A DNA stretch of 38,710 nucleotides from IMG/VR virus record IMGVR_UViG_3300020042_009382, positions 1 to 38,710 of that record. One strand, written 5' to 3'. The position numbers were made by a program, and so were the translations under genes. Below the pieces are notes generated by a model that saw only the letters and a program-made list of their open reading frames with translations, made no database searches and had not been told where the DNA came from. Each line of letters opens with the position of its first letter. Position 1 is the stretch's first letter. Shown here piece after piece: positions 21,280 through 27,692 of the stretch. This DNA comes from a virus (taxonomy: Duplodnaviria; Caudoviricetes).

Positions 21280-21308
21280 ATCATACATCATTATCTATGT
21301 CCTGTCAA
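21280..21308 (-). promoter_or_regulatory. Sigma70-like promoter
   Basis: TTGACA-17 bp-TATGAT upstream of the ATG at 21257. Confidence 0.75.
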
Positions 21309-21481
21309 TCTTCCTCTTTTTCACTTAATACTAGATCTGTACCTTCTAGTGAAAAGTTTATCTCACTATCCTCATACCAAGAAAGATCATTCACAATCCA
21401 TTCGGGTATTACAATATAATGCTCCCCAGTAATTGGATCGACTTGTAGTGCCTCAAAATTTTTGCCGGAATTTTTTTTCAT
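21305..21481 (-). CDS. Small AbrB/MazE-like protein (58 aa)
   Basis: Manual ORF MKKNSGKNFEALQVDPITGEHYIVIPEWIVNDLSWYEDSEINFSLEGTDLVLSEKEED; pattern resembles a swapped-hairpin domain. Confidence 0.6.
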   Translation of the reverse strand: MKKNSGKNFEALQVDPITGEHYIVIPEWIVNDLSWYEDSEINFSLEGTDLVLSEKEED

Positions 21482-21546
21482 TTCTAAGTATTATAATTTA
21501 CCTTTTTCAGAATTATATAGTCTCGGGAATTTTTTGAGTCGATCAA

Positions 21547-21554
21547 TATTTATA
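21547..21554 (-). promoter_or_regulatory. T4-type late promoter TATAAATA
   Basis: Exact match at the head of the late module. Confidence 0.7.
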
Positions 21555-21662
21555 GGTCGATTTGGGTCAGTTGTAGGTTAGGGTAGTTAGGGGGTTTTAT
21601 ATACGCGCCGGGCGACGACGGCGGCACCCCCCCACCGGGGCACTGCTGATCCACGAACGCAC

Positions 21663-21700
21663 AAAAGGACTGCCCCCCACCCCGAAGGGCGCGAGGGCAG
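21663..21700 (-). terminator. GC-rich hairpin with C(UUCG)G tetraloop; probable terminator of the cassette array
   Basis: CTGCCCTCGCGCCC-TTCG-GGGTGGGGGGCAG then TCCTTTT, just after the stop at 21708. Confidence 0.65.
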
Positions 21701-21707
21701 GGGGGGT

Positions 21708-21959
21708 TCAGGCAGGAAAGGAGAGGCGCTTTGCTTCAGGGTTGCACCAGTAACGGTGACCGGGACCGACCCACCCCTGAAAATCGGTGGCGAGGTCTGC
21801 TAACGAAACAGCAGAGAGACCGTCGAAATCACTGCCAAGGGACTGCCCCTTACCGTTTGATTTCCATTCGGTTCCGGTCCAGGTGGGTAGGTTCTCAACC
21901 TGGGTTCCGACCCATACGGTCTGACGGGTCACGAGGTCGGTTGCCTGATTGTAGAGCAT
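21708..21959 (-). CDS. Hypothetical cassette gene (83 aa)
   Basis: ATG directly follows the leader of repeat copy 1. Confidence 0.75.
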   Translation of the reverse strand: MLYNQATDLVTRQTVWVGTQVENLPTWTGTEWKSNGKGQSLGSDFDGLSAVSLADLATDFQGWVGPGHRYWCNPEAKRLSFPA

Positions 21960-22032
21960 GGGGTCCGGGTCGTTTGGTTCTTACGTATCCTACAGCATCG
22001 GAGGGGGCATCCCTCCCCTCCCTTGTGCCGGT

Positions 22033-22194
22033 TCAGCGACCGTCCCGATACTCCCCGATGATTCGCCCATCCTGCCGAACCTGTGCATACCCATATTCCT
22101 CAGAGAGGGAGAGGCACAGATCCCAGGCGCGGTCCTGATCGGTGGTTTCGTTTTCCCAGGGGGCAGAGGGGCAGATCACGGAAAGTTGGGTCAT
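22033..22194 (-). CDS. Hypothetical cassette gene (53 aa, MTQLSVICPSAPWE...)
   Basis: Start moved to the ATG after the repeat leader; the 22281 start in the track runs through the promoter. Confidence 0.75.
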   Translation of the reverse strand: MTQLSVICPSAPWENETTDQDRAWDLCLSLSEEYGYAQVRQDGRIIGEYRDGR

Positions 22195-22268
22195 GGTCGG
22201 TTTCGTTTGGTTCTTAAGTATCCTACAGCATCGGAGGGGGCATCCCTGCCCCCTAGTGTGCCAGTGCC

Positions 22269-22454
22269 TCAGGCGGCACACAGCAGAGCAGATTCTAGAT
22301 TCACCTCTCTGGTGTCTAGCAAAGCATAATCATGATTTGCTTCTAGCTCCACCAGGTAAGCAGTAGCAGTGGAGAAACAATCAAACAGGCGCAGAGTAGA
22401 GAACACCTCGCCCTCGTAATCAATTCCAGCGATGACAGCGTAGACTTTAGACAT
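22269..22454 (-). CDS. Hypothetical cassette gene (61 aa)
   Basis: Exactly fills the space between two repeat copies. Confidence 0.78.
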   Translation of the reverse strand: MSKVYAVIAGIDYEGEVFSTLRLFDCFSTATAYLVELEANHDYALLDTREVNLESALLCAA

Positions 22455-22527
22455 TTGGTTTCCCTTTGTTTGGTTCTTACGTATCCTACAGGCAACCCCA
22501 CCCCCCAGAGGGGGCAGGGTGGACAGT

Positions 22528-22773
22528 TCAGAGATCGGCGATCAGTTCGGCAATCGCTTCGGCATCGATCTTAAGGTCGTTCCAGCGGCACCCGTCTGGG
22601 GTCTCAGTCGATCCACACTCCCACAGCAGCGCCAGAAGGTCAGCATAGGAGCGGCACTGGCGGGCAGCATGGTAGAGTCCCTCATCATTCTGAATCCAGA
22701 GGGCAACGTTCCAGGTTTCCCAGTTTGCCCACCCGTTGTAGGTTTCGGTCTGAGCAGCGGTGGCGGTAGGCAT
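22528..22773 (-). CDS. Hypothetical cassette gene (81 aa, YNGWANWETWNVALWI motif)
   Basis: Between two identical 51-bp repeats; motif familiar from phage hypotheticals. Confidence 0.82.
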   Translation of the reverse strand: MPTATAAQTETYNGWANWETWNVALWIQNDEGLYHAARQCRSYADLLALLWECGSTETPDGCRWNDLKIDAEAIAELIADL

Positions 22774-22848
22774 CGGGTCGGTTTCGTTTGGTTCTTACGT
22801 ATCCTACAGGCAACCCCACCCCCCAGAGGGGGCAGGTGTGCCAGTTGC

Positions 22849-22965
22849 TCAACTGTCCTGGGTTTCCTCCTGGGGGGCATCCGATGCGATAGACTCCAGG
22901 ATCTGCAGGAGTTCCTCACCATTAGAGGCACGATTCAGCAGAGCAGATGCAATTTCGAAAGTCAT
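22849..22965 (-). CDS. Small acidic peptide (38 aa)
   Basis: Manual ORF MTFEIASALLNRASNGEELLQILESIASDAPQEETQDS; stop lies in the dyad spacer. Confidence 0.68.
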   Translation of the reverse strand: MTFEIASALLNRASNGEELLQILESIASDAPQEETQDS

Positions 22966-22996
22966 GATAAAATGTAAATCAGTGTGGTTTGAGTTA

Positions 22997-23018
22997 GGGT
23001 GTCTTTAGAGCGCATCCC
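22997..23018 (-). promoter_or_regulatory. Putative leader RNA hairpin, loop CGCUCUAAAGA (copy 1)
   Basis: GGGATG-CGCTCTAAAGA-CACCC; similar loop with a different stem at 24435-24457. Confidence 0.5.
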
Positions 23019-23031
23019 ATTCTCTATACTC

Positions 23032-23160
23032 TCAGACGATGTTAGCGGGTGATCCACAACTCCGATAGAATGAAACCATATTCTGTGCCTCTGCAATTGT
23101 CTTGAATTGTTGAGTCTTCCAGATCTGCTGATAAGGTGAGAAGAATTGAATGGTGATCAT
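23032..23160 (-). CDS. Small hypothetical protein (42 aa)
   Basis: Manual ORF MITIQFFSPYQQIWKTQQFKTIAEAQNMVSFYRSCGSPANIV. Confidence 0.68.
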   Translation of the reverse strand: MITIQFFSPYQQIWKTQQFKTIAEAQNMVSFYRSCGSPANIV

Positions 23161-23198
23161 CGTTGTTAATCAGTGGGAAAGGAGTTTGAGTGAATCAG

Positions 23199-23219
23199 AG
23201 GGGGAGAATTGCTCCCCCT
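23199..23219. other. Intergenic 8-bp stem hairpin without U tract
   Basis: AGGGGGAG-aattg-CTCCCCCT just after the stop at 23226. Confidence 0.55.
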
Positions 23220-23225
23220 TAGAGT

Positions 23226-23552
23226 TTAGGCAAGGCGCATTCCAGAGAAGAAAGGAATGCTGATGAATTCAGTTCCAAACTTAGAACGAAGGAACCAATT
23301 GAACTGCTTTTGGAAGACACCCTCACCACCAAGTCCGTGCTCCTGAAGAATAGCATTCAGGCGGGACTTGGTGGTATTGGATTGATACCCACCATCATAC
23401 AACCTGATGAAAGTATCACCCACCTCAGCAATCTTATTGCCGTGCAGATAAACGAAACTCACACCCCCAATGTTAACGACTTCCGTATTGTCACACTTCC
23501 AATCAACACTTTTGGTGATGGCAGCGTTCATTTGGCGTTCGATTTTGCGCAT
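23226..23552 (-). CDS. Cyanophage hypothetical protein (108 aa, MRKIERQMNAAI...)
   Basis: VYLHGNKIA and TTKSRLNAIL motifs; follows the repeat leader. Confidence 0.82.
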   Translation of the reverse strand: MRKIERQMNAAITKSVDWKCDNTEVVNIGGVSFVYLHGNKIAEVGDTFIRLYDGGYQSNTTKSRLNAILQEHGLGGEGVFQKQFNWFLRSKFGTEFISIPFFSGMRLA

Positions 23553-23624
23553 TGGGTTGGTTTCGTTTGGTTCTTACTTATCCTACAGGGTCACCGACCC
23601 CCCAGAGGGGGCAGGTGTGCCAGT

Positions 23625-24395
23625 TCAGTAACTGACCACCTCGGCATTGACGGAGGACAGAAGTTGTGCTACCTTATCCTGTTGCAGTTTGAATACAACT
23701 TGCGAATTGTTGTTTGCCTTACTGTTGCCCAGGAATGCACCGATTCCGTTGTTGTTAGTCACGCGAATTCGCAGACCACAATCATACTCTTTGACGCCAT
23801 CAGTAAAGAGTAAACGACGGGAGGATTTTGCACAACCTTTCAGGAAAGGAGTGTAACCCTCTTGAATGTAACGTACTGCAGGATGTTGGTCTGCATCATA
23901 AGTGTAGAGAACATTTGCTAGAGTATCGTTCACGGCAACCTTCATTTCGCTGTTCGCATCAATCATTTGAGTTTGAATGAAGGACACCAACTGTTCAGCA
24001 CTGAAGGAGTCAAGAACTCCACTGCAGAGATTGTTAAATTGTTGGCGAACTTGCTTCACAAAGGAGATAGCGGAACGCTGAGAAGCAGGCAGTTGGCGAT
24101 GTTCTTTGACTTGCTCAATGAAGGAAACAAAAGTATCACCAGCAACGTCAGATACCTTGCTTGTGTTGATCCAGTCAAACGAACCATTCTTAACACCTTT
24201 CTTGCGCTTGATAGTCCATTTGCGGTTACGTTTGGGGTCAAATAAATCTGCCTTGTTCTTCGTCCCTCCCATGAGATATGTAGAGAATGAAGCAAGATCA
24301 AATGCAATCAAAAGATTCCTAGTATCTTCTTCGTTCTTGATGCCTTCATAATGAACGCGCCCAGTTGTATCAAAACCGGAAGTTCCTTTTGCCAT
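23625..24395 (-). CDS. Hypothetical protein, possibly a PD-(D/E)xK nuclease (256 aa)
   Basis: Clear ORF; E..KAD-x9-TIK spacing resembles restriction-like nucleases (inference). Confidence 0.5.
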   Translation of the reverse strand: MAKGTSGFDTTGRVHYEGIKNEEDTRNLLIAFDLASFSTYLMGGTKNKADLFDPKRNRKWTIKRKKGVKNGSFDWINTSKVSDVAGDTFVSFIEQVKEHRQLPASQRSAISFVKQVRQQFNNLCSGVLDSFSAEQLVSFIQTQMIDANSEMKVAVNDTLANVLYTYDADQHPAVRYIQEGYTPFLKGCAKSSRRLLFTDGVKEYDCGLRIRVTNNNGIGAFLGNSKANNNSQVVFKLQQDKVAQLLSSVNAEVVSY

Positions 24396-24434
24396 GATGT
24401 TTAAAGTGGGGTTCCACGATTAGAGTTTACAGGT

Positions 24435-24457
24435 GATCCGTCTTTAAGGCGCGGGTC
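24435..24457 (-). promoter_or_regulatory. Putative leader RNA hairpin, loop CGCCUUAAAGA (copy 2)
   Basis: GACCCG-CGCCTTAAAGA-CGGATC between the -10 box at 24478 and the ATG at 24395. Confidence 0.5.
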
Positions 24458-24523
24458 GTTCCTTGGTTGATGAATTAATTATAGGGCATCAGGGGTCCCC
24501 AGGGTCAGATGGTGGACAGTCCC

Positions 24524-24733
24524 TCAATTGGCACGTTTGGCAGCAGTGAGGATCAGATCCAGCAGCAGGAGGGCAACGACTGCCTTCCAGAACCCGAGGG
24601 CAGTGATTCCGAACCAACCCAGGACCAGGACCAGCAACCATGCCTTAAGGGCAAGCTCAGCAACTCCCACCAGCAGGAGACCGAAGGCAGTGCCTGCGAT
24701 GGTTGCGATCTTAAGTGCTTTGGTTTTGGTCAT
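24524..24733 (-). CDS. Small membrane protein (69 aa)
   Basis: Long hydrophobic segments; bounded by repeat copies. Confidence 0.75.
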   Translation of the reverse strand: MTKTKALKIATIAGTAFGLLLVGVAELALKAWLLVLVLGWFGITALGFWKAVVALLLLDLILTAAKRAN

Positions 24734-24809
24734 CGGGGTTGCTCCCTTTGCTTGTTGAATGTATTGTAGACCCTATGGGGTGCCCTGCTAGGGGGTAGTG
24801 GACAGTTAG

Positions 24810-25703
24810 TTAACTGGCACACTGAAACCTCCCGTGGTTGAAGTTAGCATAAGCGAAGACCTCACGATTAACCAACTTAAACATACCAAACTCATTGGTC
24901 ATTACATAACCCTCAGAGTCGATTCTGTTGTAATTGATGTATGCCTGAGGTCCATCATTGCGGCAGAGGTATAGTGCGTCTTCCTTAATCGACTTAACCA
25001 ACTTCCAGAAACTAATCAGAATAGGATTCTCAAAGTCCTCAGGATTGACTTCCTTACCTTCACGAATACAGGCATTGAGTTGCTTTGTAATTTGTGCCGC
25101 AACTTTGGGGGTCACAAATTCTACACCAAGAGCCATCACCTTAGCAAACTTAGAAACCTCTTTAAGGTCTGCAAAGTATTCGGCACCGGCAAAGATTGAT
25201 GCCGTAGGTTGTACAAATTTGACGGTCTCAGTATCATTCCAGATCGAACGATCAGGCAGTGCTACAGCATCACGAAGATCGCTCTCAGCATAATAGCAGG
25301 TGTGCGGTGCAATGATTATATTTTGTTCTACTACTTCTGGGAACTGATAGGTGATAGTGTTGGGGGTGTATTCAGTAGATCCACCAAACCCAATAAAGTC
25401 CCCTTGATAAACGGTGTTTGTAAAAGGTAGGCAATCAAAACAAGCGTGAAGAATGTTTGCAACTTCGCCAGAATGGTTCGCATCAATTTCCTCATGTGAT
25501 TCGTTGATTTTGATTTTAACTTTGTTAAAGACACTTTTGGTGCCCACGAAGAAGTTTCCGGTTGCAGGATTGCGACCCCAGACAATAGCAGGAGCACCAT
25601 CAATCTTAACACTGAGATGACCGGGATTGAAGAACCAATCTAACACGGAAAGGTCACCGGTCAGGATCGAATCTTCGGGGTGCTGAAGGTGGGTGTTTTT
25701 CAT
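24810..25703 (-). CDS. Phage protein with ligase-like nucleotidyltransferase motifs (297 aa)
   Basis: SVKIDGAP (KxDG), VYQGDF, SEGYV and FKLV appear in the order of ligase motifs I, III, IV, V. Confidence 0.6.
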   Translation of the reverse strand: MKNTHLQHPEDSILTGDLSVLDWFFNPGHLSVKIDGAPAIVWGRNPATGNFFVGTKSVFNKVKIKINESHEEIDANHSGEVANILHACFDCLPFTNTVYQGDFIGFGGSTEYTPNTITYQFPEVVEQNIIIAPHTCYYAESDLRDAVALPDRSIWNDTETVKFVQPTASIFAGAEYFADLKEVSKFAKVMALGVEFVTPKVAAQITKQLNACIREGKEVNPEDFENPILISFWKLVKSIKEDALYLCRNDGPQAYINYNRIDSEGYVMTNEFGMFKLVNREVFAYANFNHGRFQCAS

Positions 25704-25756
25704 TCCATTATTCTACAGGGTCAGGGTGGGGGATCGGGTCCCCCTTGTGCCAGTTC

Positions 25757-25969
25757 TCAGACTGTCACATACATTACTTTATCAGGTGCCCGGTAGATAG
25801 AATCACCATAGAAGACTTCCAACCTCACAGTGTTACCATAGAAGTCAGAAGGTAAACCATAACGAAGGAAGTTGCGAGTTGTCGAATAATCAGAAGACAA
25901 TCCCCGATCAGTCATTCCGACTTCATTATACTCACCCTTGGCATTCTGCTTGGTGTAGATGATCTTCAT
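25757..25969 (-). CDS. Hypothetical cassette gene (70 aa)
   Basis: Bounded by repeat copies. Confidence 0.75.
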   Translation of the reverse strand: MKIIYTKQNAKGEYNEVGMTDRGLSSDYSTTRNFLRYGLPSDFYGNTVRLEVFYGDSIYRAPDKVMYVTV

Positions 25970-26041
25970 CGGATCGGTTTCGTTTGGTTCTTACTTATCC
26001 TACAGGGTCAAGGGACGGTCTCAGGGGGTCACTGTGCCACT

Positions 26042-26221
26042 TCAGATACTGGCACAGTTGTTGTATTCGGTCATCACATCTGAGACCTTTTCTAAGACGG
26101 TTTTGTAGATACCCACATCCATCCATTCGGGGCACTCATCGTGAAACATTACCAAATCATAAAGTATAGAGAACTCTTCAAATGTGAAGGCGTCCATCAT
26201 ACTGTAGCGGTTGGTTTCCAT
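26042..26221 (-). CDS. Hypothetical cassette gene (59 aa)
   Basis: Manual ORF METNRYSMMDAFTFEEFSILYDLV...EYNNCASI; stop in the dyad spacer. Confidence 0.65.
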   Translation of the reverse strand: METNRYSMMDAFTFEEFSILYDLVMFHDECPEWMDVGIYKTVLEKVSDVMTEYNNCASI

Positions 26222-26313
26222 TTACTTTGTTTGGTTGACTTGTCAATTATGGCACCTCTAGGGGTGCTTTGGGTCAGATAGTGGACAGTTCTTCAACTGT
26301 CACACCCCATCAC

Positions 26314-26442
26314 TCATTTGTTCAGAGGTGATTTGTAGAACGAACGAAATACTGAAACCACGATGATTGCGGTGCTGATAATACCAATCAACCCAAGGTA
26401 GGTTACAGTGTCGCCAGTGAAAGTGTAAAAGTCAGGTGTCAT
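26314..26442 (-). CDS. Small single-pass membrane protein (42 aa)
   Basis: Manual ORF MTPDFYTFTGDTVTYLGLIGIISTAIIVVSVFRSFYKSPLNK. Confidence 0.68.
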   Translation of the reverse strand: MTPDFYTFTGDTVTYLGLIGIISTAIIVVSVFRSFYKSPLNK

Positions 26443-26443
26443 T

Positions 26444-26569
26444 TTAGTAATCAATGTTAGAGTTCAGGTACTCATTCACATCGAACTTCTCATCATTAAG
26501 TTCGGGAATATCCAGATCAAAGATCTCACCTTGACTATCAGCAATCTCAGACCAGAGTTCATCAAACAT
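26444..26569 (-). CDS. Very acidic peptide (41 aa)
   Basis: Manual ORF MFDELWSEIADSQGEIFDLDIPELNDEKFDVNEYLNSNIDY. Confidence 0.7.
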   Translation of the reverse strand: MFDELWSEIADSQGEIFDLDIPELNDEKFDVNEYLNSNIDY

Positions 26570-26671
26570 TGGGGATCTCTCAGGAACAAATGTAATATAG
26601 AACGGATTGGGCAGGATTTCAAGGGGTCTTGTGCCAGTTCAGCAACCGGCAACCACCCCCTGCACTAAGTG

Positions 26672-27097
26672 TTAGAAACTGCTGGAGAATACGTAACCAT
26701 CTACGAAATCATAATCATAACGAAGATTCTGTTCCCAGGTTGCCTGCCAATCAACAACTACGTAGGCAGGAATATCATACCCATAAACCTCAGTGATAAC
26801 TTCTTCGGTAAATGTTGCCTCGTCATGGTATACACCACGGAATGCATCTTCTACGTTCTCAACATAATGCACCGCACCGTGATATTCAATGAAGGCATCA
26901 ACTACATCATAACCAATACTCTCGCCAACACGAACATACTCATCATAATAGGCAACGAAGTCTGCCTCATTGTGCTCATCAATGAACTTAAGAGCATCAT
27001 CTAAATCATACTGACCTTCGATACAGTTCTCTTCGATGAATTCAACAGTCTCAATTGCGAAGACTTCTTTGTAGTTTACTTGCAGAGTCACGGGCAT
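26672..27097 (-). CDS. ardA: ArdA-like antirestriction protein (DNA mimic)
   Basis: 33 D/E against 5 K/R; C-terminal EDAFRGVY..EATFTEE..IPAYVVVDWQATW..L..DY.FVDGYVF fits the ArdA C-terminal pattern. Confidence 0.7.
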   Translation of the reverse strand: MPVTLQVNYKEVFAIETVEFIEENCIEGQYDLDDALKFIDEHNEADFVAYYDEYVRVGESIGYDVVDAFIEYHGAVHYVENVEDAFRGVYHDEATFTEEVITEVYGYDIPAYVVVDWQATWEQNLRYDYDFVDGYVFSSSF

Positions 27098-27175
27098 TGG
27101 AGGAATCTCAGGAACAAATGTAATGTAGAACGGATCCGGTCAGAAGTCAATGGGCAGTGGACAGTTCTCAGACCG

Positions 27176-27379
27176 TCACACCTCACTAATTAACTTTAAC
27201 CGACGAATGATATCATATATTTCCATTTGATCCATATCGATCTCGTTCATATCAACAGGAGCAAATTCTTCAAGATTCACTGTACCATTGGTGTAGATCG
27301 GGGCATAATACAATTCGTCTCCATCTTCCTGAGACAAAGTATAAACGCAACCGTGATCAGTAGCAGTTAGAAAAATCAT
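27176..27379 (-). CDS. Acidic hypothetical protein (67 aa, MIFLTATDHG...)
   Basis: Start moved to the ATG after the family B leader. Confidence 0.72.
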   Translation of the reverse strand: MIFLTATDHGCVYTLSQEDGDELYYAPIYTNGTVNLEEFAPVDMNEIDMDQMEIYDIIRRLKLISEV

Positions 27380-27481
27380 TGGGTTTCTCAGGTACAAATG
27401 CAATGTAGGACGAATTCGGTAATATTGCAAGGGGGTCTGTGCCGGTTCTCCAACTGTCCTCATTCTCAATAAGACCTATAC

Positions 27482-27516
27482 TATTGAGAATCAATAAGAT
27501 ATCTAATTGAGAATAA
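27482..27516. repeat. Left arm of a 35-bp inverted repeat
   Basis: TATTGAGAATCAATA-N9-ATTGAGAATAA; reverse complement at 28145-28179. Confidence 0.85.
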
Positions 27517-27542
27517 GGACCAATCTTCGAACTGGCACAAGA

Positions 27543-27692
27543 CTAGAAAGGATCGTACTCTTTGATGCTACAATGAACTTCTTCATCCCCTTGAAGTTCT
27601 AGTAATTCTTTCCAGTCCATATCTACCACATCTAGATCATCATAACATATGATGTCTAATGTAACAGTAAGCAGGCGTTTCTGTGCTAACAT
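27543..27692 (-). CDS. Small acidic protein (49 aa)
   Basis: Manual ORF MLAQKRLLTVTLDIICYDDLDVVDMDWKELLELQGDEEVHCSIKEYDPF; TG-A-TATAAT upstream at 27719-27727. Confidence 0.7.
   Translation of the reverse strand: MLAQKRLLTVTLDIICYDDLDVVDMDWKELLELQGDEEVHCSIKEYDPF

Larger units (their letters stand above)
21960..26303 (-). repeat. Dispersed promoter/dyad element, family A (10 copies)
   Basis: -10 boxes (TAGGAT, TAGAAT, TATAAT, TACAAT or CATAAT) begin on + at 21987, 22220, 22483, 22801, 23580, 24478, 24763, 25710, 25997, 26246. The proximal dyad arm (GTGCCAGTT/GTGGACAGTT type) ends 38-41 nt from the -10 box. Six copies share the + strand text GTTTGGTTCTTA(C/A)(G/T)TATCCTACAG. Confidence 0.9.
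26579..27459 (-). repeat. Promoter/dyad element, family B (3 copies with a -35 box)
   Basis: CTCAGG(A/T)ACAAATG(T/C)AAT(A/G)TAG(A/G)ACG at about 26579, 27107 and 27387. Minus strand reads TTGAAA, TTGACT or TTGCAA, 17 bp, TA(T/C)ATT, with the same dyad 39-40 nt from the -10 box. Confidence 0.85.

Noticed and set aside
21573-21594. Telomere-like TTAGGG or G-quadruplex
   Set aside because: Only two TTAGGG units and not four G3 runs; retained only as part of the junction finding.
21960-26056. CRISPR array interpretation of the GTTTGGTTCTTACGTATCCTACAG repeats
   Set aside because: Intervals are irregular, hundreds of bases long and contain whole ORFs; repeats carry -10 boxes; no cas genes seen.
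21731-27004. Plus-strand and long alternative ORFs in the array (21731-22138, 22519-22977, 23310-23813 and others) and extended starts at 22281, 22931, 27469
   Set aside because: They translate the repeat elements or are antisense to cassette genes; expected in GC-rich DNA.
21960-27459. True integron
   Set aside because: No tyrosine recombinase in the window and no RYYYAAC...GTTRRRY attC structure; cassettes have their own promoters. Kept only as an analogy.
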